Shown piece by piece: positions 46,225 through 55,539 of a stretch of DNA of 64,000 bases (positions are counted from its first letter, which is position 1; each line of letters opens with the position of its first letter). The notes beneath the pieces are model-generated. The model had not been told where the DNA came from. It made no database searches and was given only the letters and a program-made list of their open reading frames with translations. The position numbers and the translations under genes are program-made. The stretch spans positions 3,406 to 67,405 of the forward strand of contig QNFE01000004.1 of NCBI GenBank assembly GCA_003645455.1, read 5' to 3'. The stretch comes from Gammaproteobacteria bacterium. Lineage in GTDB: Bacteria; Pseudomonadota; Gammaproteobacteria; QNFE01.

Positions 46225-47640
46225 TCATTTACCAAATGTTAGTTTTTCTTTTAATAATTCGTCTTGTATTTTTACTTTATTCATTAGGTATTCCATAGGT
46301 CTGTCGCCTTTGGTTGTGTTGCAATGTCCGCATAATAATTGATAGTTTTCATAATAATCGCCGCCGCCTTTGGCTTTTGGTATTATGTGATCTATGTGAA
46401 AATCTTTGATTAAATATTCGTGGTTGCATCCTTTGCATATGCCTTTTTGTTCTTTATGTAATCTCTCTTTTATGCTGAAACTTGGAAGCTCTTTTTTAAT
46501 GTCATCTCTTTTTGGGATATCTACTCGATGAATAAAATTGCTAAATAAACCTGCATCATCGCTTAGGCGATTAACCAAAACTTCGGCGGCTTGTTTTTCA
46601 ATATCTATGCCGATCCATTTTCGGTTTAATTGTTGGGCTGCCACACAGGCTGTGGCACAACCACAAAATGGATCAAAAATTATATCACCCTCGCGACTGC
46701 TGGCTTTAATTATTCTATTTAATAAAGCTATTGGTTTTTGAGTGGGGTAGCCGGTGCGCTCGCCTCCCATAGCTCTTGGTATATCAATCCAGTTATTATC
46801 TAATGTTTTGCCATCATAATCATCAAAATATTTGCGTCGCTCTAATTTGCCATCATCTTTTATGACGATATTGCCTTTTTGATATTCCTCTTCTAACCTT
46901 TGTTTGGATAGTCTCCAACCAGATAAATGAGGGTTATTAAATCCTCGCCATGCGTAACATAAATTTGGTCTATCTCCCATTGATGGATTGCGCCAAATAT
47001 GAGCCGAATCATCATAATATCTTTTGCCTTTGTTATCAATTTTGTTGAATTTTTTAAGCATTACAGGATCATTTTCTTTGAGTTTTATCGTAGGATTTAA
47101 ATGATATTCATCACTTTTTGTATAGAATAATATAGTGTCTGTGCTGGCACCGAATTTTTTTGCTTTAAATTGACTGCCTTTCGCCCCTGTCATTCTTTGC
47201 CAAATTATTTCATTTCTAAAATTACTTTTGCCAAAAATTTTGTCTAAAACTATTTTCAAATAGTGTGAGGCTGTGGGGTCCACATGTAAATAAAAACTGC
47301 CTGTTGGTTTTAAAACTCGGTGCATTTCTATAATTCTTTGAGTCATATAAGTGATATATGCCATCATAGCTTTGCCGTGGATTCCTTCGATGGATTGAAT
47401 AAAATTAACCAAAAAAGGATAGTTGCTAAACATTTTTTCAAGATAAGATTCGTTAACATCCTCCCAACTCCACATATCAGAAAAACTCGCCCCTGCGGAC
47501 TTGCTACCAATGGGGGCAGAATAAAAACGTTTGGAATTAAAAGGTGGGTCCAAATATATTAAATCAATGCTCTCGTTATTCAAACCATTTAAAATAAATA
47601 GGTTGTCGTTGGTATATAAAGTGTTTATAAATTTATTCAT
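46225..47640 (-). CDS. DNA methyltransferase (beta-class, DPPF) fused to C-terminal HNH endonuclease domain
   Basis: IYLDPPFNS (motif IV) comes before IIFDPFCGCATA (motif I). The C-terminal CKGCNHEY...HIDHIIPKAKGG..YENYQLLCGHCNTTKG is a clear HNH motif. Confidence 0.8.
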   Translation of the reverse strand: MNKFINTLYTNDNLFILNGLNNESIDLIYLDPPFNSKRFYSAPIGSKSAGASFSDMWSWEDVNESYLEKMFSNYPFLVNFIQSIEGIHGKAMMAYITYMTQRIIEMHRVLKPTGSFYLHVDPTASHYLKIVLDKIFGKSNFRNEIIWQRMTGAKGSQFKAKKFGASTDTILFYTKSDEYHLNPTIKLKENDPVMLKKFNKIDNKGKRYYDDSAHIWRNPSMGDRPNLCYAWRGFNNPHLSGWRLSKQRLEEEYQKGNIVIKDDGKLERRKYFDDYDGKTLDNNWIDIPRAMGGERTGYPTQKPIALLNRIIKASSREGDIIFDPFCGCATACVAAQQLNRKWIGIDIEKQAAEVLVNRLSDDAGLFSNFIHRVDIPKRDDIKKELPSFSIKERLHKEQKGICKGCNHEYLIKDFHIDHIIPKAKGGGDYYENYQLLCGHCNTTKGDRPMEYLMNKVKIQDELLKEKLTFGK

Positions 47641-47683
47641 TAGTTTTTTAAAATTTGTTTAATGGTCGTATTATGCCATAATC

Positions 47684-48253
47684 TCAATGAATAATTCGCA
47701 TAAATTTATCAAATTCTTCGTTGATGAGTAAATCGTTTTGATCTATGACATCTGATATTTTATCGGTTATGGCGGTAGCCTGATTTTTGTCAGGTTTTGA
47801 TAAAACATAATTTGTAACAGCTGATTTGTCGCCAGGGTGAGAGATGCCGATTCGCAGTCGCCAAAAATCTTTGTTGCCGAAATGTTCAAATATATTTTTC
47901 AAACCATTGTGACCGCCATTGCCACCACCTTTTTTAAGCTTGATTGTGCCAGATGGTAAGTCTAACTCATCATGGGCTACTATAATATTTTGTGGTTCAA
48001 TTTTATAAAAACTAATAATAGAGGCGATGCTTATGCCGTTATTATTCATAAATTGTCGGGGTTTGATGAGATAAATATTGCCATTTTCGCTGTCTATCGA
48101 GGCGATATCTGCTTTGAATTTTAGGCTTTGTTGCCATTGGGTGTTGTGGAATTTTGCTAATTCGTCTAATAACCAAAACCCAACATTGTGTCGGGTTTTG
48201 TTATATTTTTCGCCAAAATTACCAAGTCCTGCGATGAGTTTATTTTTTCTCAT
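47684..48253 (-). CDS. pth: Peptidyl-tRNA hydrolase
   Basis: LIAGLGNFGEKYNKTRHNVGFW core. The ORF-track start at 48316 is probably an upstream extension; the likely start is Met22 at 48253. Confidence 0.8.
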   Translation of the reverse strand: MRKNKLIAGLGNFGEKYNKTRHNVGFWLLDELAKFHNTQWQQSLKFKADIASIDSENGNIYLIKPRQFMNNNGISIASIISFYKIEPQNIIVAHDELDLPSGTIKLKKGGGNGGHNGLKNIFEHFGNKDFWRLRIGISHPGDKSAVTNYVLSKPDKNQATAITDKISDVIDQNDLLINEEFDKFMRIIH

Positions 48254-48947
48254 CCTTTTTGTCGTCTTCTTTTTTGTCGGACTCATCGTCTTTATTGCCT
48301 TGTTTGGTAGTTTCAACTTCGGCTGATTGCTCCTCTTCGGTTTCTTCTACTATTTCTTCTACTTTCTTTGGTATATGACAGGTTACAACCGCAGTATCGT
48401 GATCGCTATCGTGAGATAATGCTGTGATAACAACACCATCTGGCATTTTAATCTCACTCAAAGAAACCGAATTGCCTATGTCTAAGTCCATAACATCAAC
48501 TGTTAGATATTCTGGAATATCTTTTGGCAGGGCAGTAATCTCAACACTGGTTAGAACAAAACTTAGGACACCGCCACCTGTTTTAACACCTGCTGCCTCT
48601 TCGGTATTTTCAAAGTGAATTGGAATTGTAAGGCTTATGGCAACTTTGTTACTTACTCTTTGAAAATCAGCATGCATTATTTGTCTTTTAAAAGGGTGTC
48701 GTTGTAAATCTCTTAAAATCACTTTTTCCTTTTCTTTTTCCACTACCAAGGTTATGATTTGCGAGAAAAATTCTTCATGATCGCATCTTTTTATGATGTC
48801 ATCGTGATTCAAACATAGGCTTATGGCATCTTTTTCTGATCCATAGATTATTGCAGGCACCATATTGTTGTGACGTAAGCGGCGGCTCGCACCCTTGCCT
48901 TTGTCGGATCTCATGGTGGCATTTAATTTTAAAACTTCAATACTCAT
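48240..48947 (-). CDS. rplY: 50S ribosomal protein L25 / general stress protein Ctc
   Basis: MSIEVLKLNATMRSDKGKGASRRLR start and an acidic/lysine-rich C-terminal tail. It sits in the conserved prs-ctc-pth neighbourhood. Confidence 0.85.
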   Translation of the reverse strand: MSIEVLKLNATMRSDKGKGASRRLRHNNMVPAIIYGSEKDAISLCLNHDDIIKRCDHEEFFSQIITLVVEKEKEKVILRDLQRHPFKRQIMHADFQRVSNKVAISLTIPIHFENTEEAAGVKTGGGVLSFVLTSVEITALPKDIPEYLTVDVMDLDIGNSVSLSEIKMPDGVVITALSHDSDHDTAVVTCHIPKKVEEIVEETEEEQSAEVETTKQGNKDDESDKKEDDKKDEKK

Positions 48948-49020
48948 TGTATATACTCCAAAAATAAAAAATAAAAAAACTATTCTGTCGCGACCAACAA
49001 AATAGTACCTAAAAAAAATT

Positions 49021-49974
49021 TTACGAATACAGCGAACTCACAGATTCGTTGTTATGAATTCTTGATATTGCCTCTCCCAGTAAATTGGCAATCGTAATTT
49101 GTCTGATTTTTTTGCATTTTTTTGCCTCTTCTGCCAAAGAAATGGTATCGGTTACCACCAACTCATCAATTTGTGAGTTTTTAATGTTTTCCAAAGCATT
49201 GCCTGACAATACCGGATGGGTGGCATAGGATACGACTTTATTAGCTTTGTGTTCTTTTAAGGCATCAGCGGCTTTGCAGATTGTGCCTGCGGTATCAACT
49301 ATGTCATCAACGAGAATACAGGTTTTGTTGTTAACCTCACCTATGATATTCATAACTTGGGATTGATTAGGGGCAGGGCGTCTTTTATCAATTATAGCCA
49401 AATCCAAATCACCCAGTTGTTTGGCAATAGCACGGGCTCGCACGACACCGCCTACATCAGGAGAAACTACAACTAAATTATCAGTATTTTGTTTTTTGTA
49501 AATGTCGCCCAATAAAATCGGCGAGGCATAGATATTATCTACTGGAATATCAAAAAAACCTTGGATTTGCTCTGCATGTAAATCCACCGTAAGTAACCTA
49601 TCAACTTTGCTAATAGCGAACATATTAGCAATAAGTTTTGAGGTTATAGCAACACGTTGCGAGCGAACTCGGCGATCTTGTCGTGAATAACCAAAATAAG
49701 GCACAACGGCGGTAATTCTGGCAGCAGATGCACGAGATAGAGCATCCACCATTATCATAAGCTCCATTATGTTTTCATTCGCAGGGCTACTGGTGGGTTG
49801 GATTATAAAAACATCGCGTCCGCGAACATTGTCTAATATCTCAACACTAATCTCACCATCGCTAAATGTCTCGACACTGGCATCACCTAATTTTGTTTGC
49901 AAATAGGTGGCAATATCGTAACTTAGTTTTTTATTAGCATTACCTGTAAATAAAATGGCATCTGTTTGTTGCAT
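49021..49974 (-). CDS. prs: Ribose-phosphate pyrophosphokinase
   Basis: [16 protein letters not shown]... and PRPP-binding motifs. The start is taken at Met17 (49974) to avoid overlap with tRNA-Gln. Confidence 0.85.
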   Translation of the reverse strand: MQQTDAILFTGNANKKLSYDIATYLQTKLGDASVETFSDGEISVEILDNVRGRDVFIIQPTSSPANENIMELMIMVDALSRASAARITAVVPYFGYSRQDRRVRSQRVAITSKLIANMFAISKVDRLLTVDLHAEQIQGFFDIPVDNIYASPILLGDIYKKQNTDNLVVVSPDVGGVVRARAIAKQLGDLDLAIIDKRRPAPNQSQVMNIIGEVNNKTCILVDDIVDTAGTICKAADALKEHKANKVVSYATHPVLSGNALENIKNSQIDELVVTDTISLAEEAKKCKKIRQITIANLLGEAISRIHNNESVSSLYS

Positions 49975-49990
49975 ATTTTTATATTGTGTA

Positions 49991-50065
49991 TGGCTGGGTT
50001 GGCAGGATTCGAACCTGCGCATGACGGGATCAAAACCCGGTGCCTTACCGCTTGGCTACAGCCCA
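49991..50065 (-). tRNA. tRNA-Gln (anticodon UUG)
   Basis: The reverse complement TGGGCTGTAGCCAAGCGGTAAGGCACCGGGTTTTGATCCCGTCATGCGCAGGTTCGAATCCTGCCAACCCAGCCA gives a cloverleaf with anticodon loop TTTTGAT, a T-loop GGTTCGAATCC and an encoded CCA. It closely resembles E. coli tRNA-Gln. Confidence 0.8.
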
Positions 50066-50070
50066 TTTTT

Positions 50071-50895
50071 TTAAAGACTACTTACCACTTGACAAAACCA
50101 ACTTATAGGCAGATGAGGCAACATTTTAATACCTGTTTTTTTGTCAGGTATTGCAATAAAAATACTAGACCCTGTGCCGGTTAATTTTGCTTGGGTATTT
50201 AACTTAAAATCTTTTATTAGTTGATTTATTAGAGAAAAATTTTCAATCATTTGCGGATATGCATCAAGTGCACTCTGCAAACAATCATTCCTACTATTTT
50301 TAAAATCAAAAAAAGCGGATATATTAACTCTTTTTGTAAACTTTGTCAATTTTAAATTTGAAAAAACTTGCTTGGTGCTGATGTGAAGGTTGGGATAAAT
50401 CAATAAATAGTTCTGTTGTGGTAGATTATGAGGGGTGATTATTTCTCCTGTACCCTCGGCAAATGCACTTTGTTTTTTGATAAAAATACTAACATCGGCA
50501 CCAATTTTTAGAGCCATTTTTAAAAGTTCTTGTTGACTTAAATTAGTTGAAAACATTTCATTTAAAGCGATTAAGGCTATCGCCGCATTAGAGCTTGCTC
50601 CGCCGAGCCCTGCCCCTGCTGGAATATTTTTGTTGATTTCTATACGGACATTTTGGAGGCATCTGGTTGTTTTTTGCCATAAATTAAAAGCTTTATAAAC
50701 CAAATTATCTGCCATTTTTATTTGTTGATTATGAGTTATAATCTTTGTCGTCACAGATGGTTTTATCTTGATTGTATCATATAAATCTATGAGCTGAAAA
50801 TAGGTTTGTAGTTTGTGAAAACCATTATCTTTTTTGCCGACTATATGCAGAAATAAATTTATTTTTGCATAGGATTTGTATTCTTTAAATTTCAA
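50071..50895 (-). CDS. ispE: 4-diphosphocytidyl-2-C-methyl-D-erythritol kinase
   Basis: GHMP kinase. YAKINLFLHIVGKKDNGFH is typical of the IspE N-terminus. It lies in the conserved ispE-tRNA-prs neighbourhood. Confidence 0.85.
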   Translation of the reverse strand: MKFKEYKSYAKINLFLHIVGKKDNGFHKLQTYFQLIDLYDTIKIKPSVTTKIITHNQQIKMADNLVYKAFNLWQKTTRCLQNVRIEINKNIPAGAGLGGASSNAAIALIALNEMFSTNLSQQELLKMALKIGADVSIFIKKQSAFAEGTGEIITPHNLPQQNYLLIYPNLHISTKQVFSNLKLTKFTKRVNISAFFDFKNSRNDCLQSALDAYPQMIENFSLINQLIKDFKLNTQAKLTGTGSSIFIAIPDKKTGIKMLPHLPISWFCQVVSSL

Positions 50896-50900
50896 AATTA

Positions 50901-51062
50901 TGAGACCTTTGTATAAATCAAGTGCTGTTTAAAGAGGACAGAAAATAGTGCATTTTTATAGCAAAAATGAGGAATATGGTAATTCCCTTTGACGAATTTT
51001 TGCTATGAAAAGGTGCATTTTGTGTATTTTATAAATTGTGCTTGATTTATACAAAGATCTCA
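50901..51062. repeat. MITE family 1, full-length copy (162 bp), inverted internal orientation
   Basis: TGAGACCTTTGTATAAATCAAGTGC...GTGCTTGATTTATACAAAGATCTCA. It is flanked by ATTA/ATTA and ends 1 nt from the lon stop codon. Confidence 0.85.
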
Positions 51063-51063
51063 A

Positions 51064-53412
51064 TTAAACCAAAGCAATTTTAAAAACCTCTTCAATCCAC
51101 AACACGGGTTTTATTGTTATTTTTTGTAAAATAGTGACAGGAATTTCTTTTAAATCTTTTTCGTTTTCGGATGGAATAATAACTGTTTTGATGCCACCAC
51201 GATGGGCTGCGAGCAATTTTTCTTTTAAACCTCCGATAGGCAGAACTTCTCCTCGTAGAGTTATCTCGCCTGTCATAGCAACCGATGCTTTGACTTTTTT
51301 ATTTGCCAAAACTGATGCTAATGCTGTGCACATACCAACCCCTGCACTTGGCCCATCTTTGGGTGTGGCTCCCTCTGGCACATGAATATGAATATCTGTT
51401 TTTTTGTAATAGTCTTTTTTTAGTTTTAAATCATTATGTCTGTTGCGGACCACACTCATGGCAGTCTCAATAGATTCTTTCATAACGTCTCCCAGTGATC
51501 CAGTATATTTTATCTTACCATCACCTGCAAATGCCGCCGCCTCAATTGTAAGCAACTCACCACCTACTTGGGTCCATGCGAGCCCTGTAACTTGTCCTAT
51601 TTGGTTTTGTCTCGTAGCTTTACCATAGTTAAATTTATAGACTCCCAAATATTGTTCTAAATCATTAGGAGTTATCATAGTTTTAACTTCTTTTTTGTCA
51701 TCATCAGGGGCAAGGGCTATTTTTGTGACTACCTTGCGACAAACCTTAGCAATTTCTCTCTCTAAACCTCTTACTCCTGATTCACGAGTATATGTGCGGA
51801 CAATCTCTAAGATGGCAGATTTTGTAAAAAATATATCTTTTCTATCTAAGCCATTATTTTTTATTTGTTTAGGAATAAGGTATTTTTGGGCGATATTCGT
51901 TTTTTCATCCTCTGTGTAACCTGATATTTTTATAATCTCCATCCTGTCTAATAATGGCGGTGGAATATCAAGACTATTTGCTGTTGCCACAAACATTACA
52001 TCAGATAAATCATAATCAATCTCTAAATAATGATCGCCAAATGTGTTGTTTTGTTCTGGATCCAATACTTCTAACAAAGCTGAGCTAGGATCTCCTCTGA
52101 AATCTGTTGACATTTTGTCAATTTCATCCAATAAAAATAATGGATTGCTATTTTTAATTTTTGACAGATTAGTGATGATTTTGCCAGGCATTGATCCTAT
52201 GTAAGTTCTTCTATGTCCTCTGATTTGCGCCTCATCACGCACACCGCCGAGCGACATTCGGATGAATTTGCGCTTTGTGGCACGAGCGATTGAACGGGCA
52301 ATAGAAGTTTTGCCGACACCAGGTGGACCGACCAGACATAAAATAGGTCCTTTTAATTTTGCTACCTTGTTTTGCACAGCAAGATGTTCGGTGATTCTTG
52401 TTTTTACCTCATTCAATCCATAGTGATCTTTTTCTAATATGTTTTGTGCTTTGTTAAGGGTTTTTTCTAATCTGCTTTTTTTATCCCATGGCAGATCAAA
52501 AATAACATCAAGATAATTACGAATGACAGTCGCCTCGGAGCTCATAAGGTGCATTTTTTTGAGTTTTTTAAATTCTTTTTGACACTTTTCTTTGGCCTCG
52601 GAACTCATTTTAATTTTGGTAATTTTGCTTTCTATCTCTTTTAATTCTTCTTCATCATCGGCATCGTCATCTTTGTTGATCTCTTTTTTGAGGACTTTTA
52701 TTTGTTCGTTGACATAGTATTCTTTTTGGTTTTTGTCCATTTGTTTGCGAACTTTTGAATGAATTTTTTGTTCAATTTGCAAAACTTCCAATTCTTTTTC
52801 AAGATATTTTAAAATAATCTCCATTCTTGAGTCCAATTCAACGGTTTCTAAAATAGTTTGTTTGTCTGTTAGTTTTAATTTGATATGAGCCGATACCACA
52901 TCACACATAGCACCATAATTTGTCGTGTTTAGAACAGAGGATAAAATATCAGTGGGAATTTTACGATTGATTCTAACATATTGTTCAAAAACAGACAAAA
53001 CAGAACGAGACAATGCCTCAGATACTTTGTTATAACGATGTTTTTTGTCATATAGTGTTATATAATCTGCGACAAAATTTTGTGAATTATTTCTGATTTC
53101 AGTGGATACAGCACGATGCCTGCCCTCTATTAAAACCTTAATGGTGTTGTCAGGTAGTTTTACTAATTGTAAAATATTAGCAACTGTGCCGACCTTATAG
53201 AGATCTTTTAATTTGGGACTATTGGTTTTTGATGTTTTTTGGGTAGATAAAAAAATATTTTGATGGTTTTTGGTAGCAATATTTATAGCATTGATTGATT
53301 TTTTTCTGCCAATAAAAAGAGGAACCACCATCCCAGGGAATACCACCAAATCTCGCAAGGGCAATAAAGGAATAGTTTCTATTTTATGAATATCGTCTGT
53401 TGCAGTTGCCAT
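51064..53412 (-). CDS. lon: ATP-dependent Lon protease
   Basis: N-terminal LON domain, AAA+ Walker A GPPGVGKTS, and C-terminal protease PKDGPSAG; 782 aa. Confidence 0.95.
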   Translation of the reverse strand: MATATDDIHKIETIPLLPLRDLVVFPGMVVPLFIGRKKSINAINIATKNHQNIFLSTQKTSKTNSPKLKDLYKVGTVANILQLVKLPDNTIKVLIEGRHRAVSTEIRNNSQNFVADYITLYDKKHRYNKVSEALSRSVLSVFEQYVRINRKIPTDILSSVLNTTNYGAMCDVVSAHIKLKLTDKQTILETVELDSRMEIILKYLEKELEVLQIEQKIHSKVRKQMDKNQKEYYVNEQIKVLKKEINKDDDADDEEELKEIESKITKIKMSSEAKEKCQKEFKKLKKMHLMSSEATVIRNYLDVIFDLPWDKKSRLEKTLNKAQNILEKDHYGLNEVKTRITEHLAVQNKVAKLKGPILCLVGPPGVGKTSIARSIARATKRKFIRMSLGGVRDEAQIRGHRRTYIGSMPGKIITNLSKIKNSNPLFLLDEIDKMSTDFRGDPSSALLEVLDPEQNNTFGDHYLEIDYDLSDVMFVATANSLDIPPPLLDRMEIIKISGYTEDEKTNIAQKYLIPKQIKNNGLDRKDIFFTKSAILEIVRTYTRESGVRGLEREIAKVCRKVVTKIALAPDDDKKEVKTMITPNDLEQYLGVYKFNYGKATRQNQIGQVTGLAWTQVGGELLTIEAAAFAGDGKIKYTGSLGDVMKESIETAMSVVRNRHNDLKLKKDYYKKTDIHIHVPEGATPKDGPSAGVGMCTALASVLANKKVKASVAMTGEITLRGEVLPIGGLKEKLLAAHRGGIKTVIIPSENEKDLKEIPVTILQKITIKPVLWIEEVFKIALV

Positions 53413-53452
53413 AGGTATTTAAGGTTTTAGAAAAAAATTTTACAAAAAAGAA

Positions 53453-53479
53453 CATAAGGGCAAAATAAAAAATATCAAG
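53453..53479 (-). promoter_or_regulatory. Putative sigma-32 (heat-shock) promoter of lon
   Basis: On the minus strand CTTGAT-N13-CCCTTATG sits ~40 nt upstream of the lon start, against the consensus CTTGAAA-N13-15-CCCCATNT. Confidence 0.3.
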
Positions 53480-53594
53480 TTCAATCAAGACACCTGACAA
53501 GCAAAAACCCAACTAAAAAAATATTATCCTTAAAATTTGTTATAATATCTCATTTTTAATTGGTGTTTTCGCAAAATCAAACATTAAATTCCAT

Positions 53595-54080
53595 ATGACA
53601 AAAAACCAAACCACACAAAAATTACTCCAAAAAAGATTAAAAAAGGCTTCCAGGCATTTTACAGCATTAAAAGAATATAAGTTCTTAATAGAGCAAATTT
53701 TAATCGATAAGAATATTTACCAAGTAGATGAATACAAACAATTACAACCAGCAGACAGGGCAATATTTGATGCCTATTTAAAAAGATTTTCATCATTGCA
53801 AGATTTTCTGGGGGCAAAAATATTCCCATTGTTGCTTGATATAGCTGGTATAAATAATAACTCATTGAGCGAGGTTTTGTTATATGTTGAAAAAGAGCAG
53901 ATAATTGACAGTCTAGATAGTTGGATTGAGTTGCGAGCGATAAGAAATGAGCTAGAACATGATTATCCAGAGATTATAAGAGAGGCATTAGAGAACTTAA
54001 AATATTGTGTTGATAGTTTTGATAGAATAACTTCTTATTATAAAAATAGTGTCAATTTTTCTAATAAATACATAAAATGA
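53595..54080 (+). CDS. HEPN-domain protein (HepT-like putative RNase toxin)
   Basis: Carries the Rx4-6H motif in ELRAIRNELEHDY. At 161 aa and all-helical, it is immediately followed by nucleotidyltransferase genes. Confidence 0.6.
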   Translation: MTKNQTTQKLLQKRLKKASRHFTALKEYKFLIEQILIDKNIYQVDEYKQLQPADRAIFDAYLKRFSSLQDFLGAKIFPLLLDIAGINNNSLSEVLLYVEKEQIIDSLDSWIELRAIRNELEHDYPEIIREALENLKYCVDSFDRITSYYKNSVNFSNKYIK

Positions 54081-54370
54081 GACTATCAACAAGAATTATA
54101 AGTATTTTAAAAAATAATATCCATACCAGTTTTGGTGATGTTGAGGTATATTTATTCGGTAGTCGTGTAGATGACAACAAATTAGGTGGGGATATTGATC
54201 TTGCCATTGATACTAATATAAATAACCAAAAATTTTTAAAAAATAAGATAAAATTTGACTGCCAGATGATAAGAGCAGGTTATGATTTAAAAGTTGATTT
54301 AGTAAAATACAATCACTGGGACGATTTATTAAACAGACAAATAAAAAACGATGCTATTAAATTATTTTAA
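54077..54370 (+). CDS. Minimal nucleotidyltransferase (MNT, Pol-beta superfamily) protein, copy 1
   Basis: LFGSRVDDNKLGGDIDLAID matches the GS-x9-13-DhD NTase motif. Its start overlaps the HEPN stop (ATGA). Confidence 0.7.
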   Translation: MRLSTRIISILKNNIHTSFGDVEVYLFGSRVDDNKLGGDIDLAIDTNINNQKFLKNKIKFDCQMIRAGYDLKVDLVKYNHWDDLLNRQIKNDAIKLF

Positions 54371-54376
54371 ATTAAA

Positions 54377-54664
54377 ATGAGATTATCAAAACAAGATATA
54401 AATATTATAAAAAATACAATTCTTGACAACATAAACGATGGCAAAATTACTCTATTCGGCAGCCGTGCAGATGACAATAGAAAAGGTGGCGATATTGATT
54501 TAATGGTGGAGACAAATAAAAATATTAGTTTTGCAACTGAGCTTAATATTTTAACAAAATTAGAATTAAATGGCATTGAGAGAAAAGTAGATCTATTGCT
54601 TAAAGCTCCAAATTCAACACCACACAATATTTATAAAAAAGCGAAAAAGGGAGTACTGTTATGA
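54377..54664 (+). CDS. Minimal nucleotidyltransferase (MNT) protein, copy 2 (paralogue of copy 1)
   Basis: LFGSRADDNRKGGDIDLMVE. The N-terminus MRLSKQDINIIKN parallels copy 1 MRLSTRIISILKN. Confidence 0.7.
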   Translation: MRLSKQDINIIKNTILDNINDGKITLFGSRADDNRKGGDIDLMVETNKNISFATELNILTKLELNGIERKVDLLLKAPNSTPHNIYKKAKKGVLL

Positions 54665-55539
54665 TACAGAAACCTCCAATAACAACTGGTAAACAAAATA
54701 TACAAGATAAAATTTATACTTTAAGAGATGTTCAGGTAATGTTAGACAGAGACTTAGCTGAACTTTACGGGACTAAATCTACAAGACTCAGAGAGCAGGT
54801 TAAAAGAAATATAAAAAAATTTCCACAAGATTTTATGTTTGAACTTACTGAACCTGAAACTAATTTGATGGTATCGCAAAATGCGATACCATCAAAACAG
54901 CATTTAGGAGGCAGTTTGCCACTTGTATTCACTGAGCAAGGTGTTTCTATGCTGGCCACTGTTTTAAAAAGTGATATTGCTACACAAATAAGCATAAAAA
55001 TTATGAGAGCTTTCGTCAATATGCGAAAATTCATTTTATCTAATGCAGATATGTTTATGAGATTTGAAAGAATAGAGCATCGCATATCTTTACATGATGA
55101 AAAGTTCAATAAATTATTTCAAGCTATAGAAAACAAAGAGACCAAACCAAAACAACATATATTCTATGATGGACAAATATTTGATGCTTATCTTTATGTC
55201 CGTGATATTATAAAGTCGGCTAAAAAATCTATAAAACTTATAGATAACTATATAGACGAGAGTATTTTAGTATTATTTACAAAAAGAAATGCAGATGTAG
55301 ATATGAAAATATATACAAAAACTATATCCAAGCAATTAGAATTAGACATAAAAAAATATAATGCCCAATATCCAAAGATTGAGGTAAAAAAATTTGCTTT
55401 ATCCCATGATAGATTTTTAATCATAGATGAAAAAAAGATATATCACTTCGGAGCAAGCTTAAAAGATCTTGGCAAAAAATGGTTTGCAGTTTCAAAAATG
55501 GACATAAACTCTTTTGAACTTTTAGAGAAGTTAAAATAG
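54661..55539 (+). CDS. ORF6N (KilA-N-like) domain protein
   Basis: The N-terminal LRDVQVMLDRDLAELYGTKSTRLREQVKRNIKKFPQDFMFELT matches the ORF6N DNA-binding domain. The C-terminal half is uncharacterised. Its start overlaps the MNT2 stop. Confidence 0.65.
   Translation: MIQKPPITTGKQNIQDKIYTLRDVQVMLDRDLAELYGTKSTRLREQVKRNIKKFPQDFMFELTEPETNLMVSQNAIPSKQHLGGSLPLVFTEQGVSMLATVLKSDIATQISIKIMRAFVNMRKFILSNADMFMRFERIEHRISLHDEKFNKLFQAIENKETKPKQHIFYDGQIFDAYLYVRDIIKSAKKSIKLIDNYIDESILVLFTKRNADVDMKIYTKTISKQLELDIKKYNAQYPKIEVKKFALSHDRFLIIDEKKIYHFGASLKDLGKKWFAVSKMDINSFELLEKLK

Noticed and set aside
47684-48316. Long N-terminal extensions of pth (ORF track start 48316) and prs (ORF track start 50022)
   Set aside because: The extensions overlap rplY and tRNA-Gln respectively and are not conserved in these families. 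Internal Met starts (48253; 49974) are used instead.
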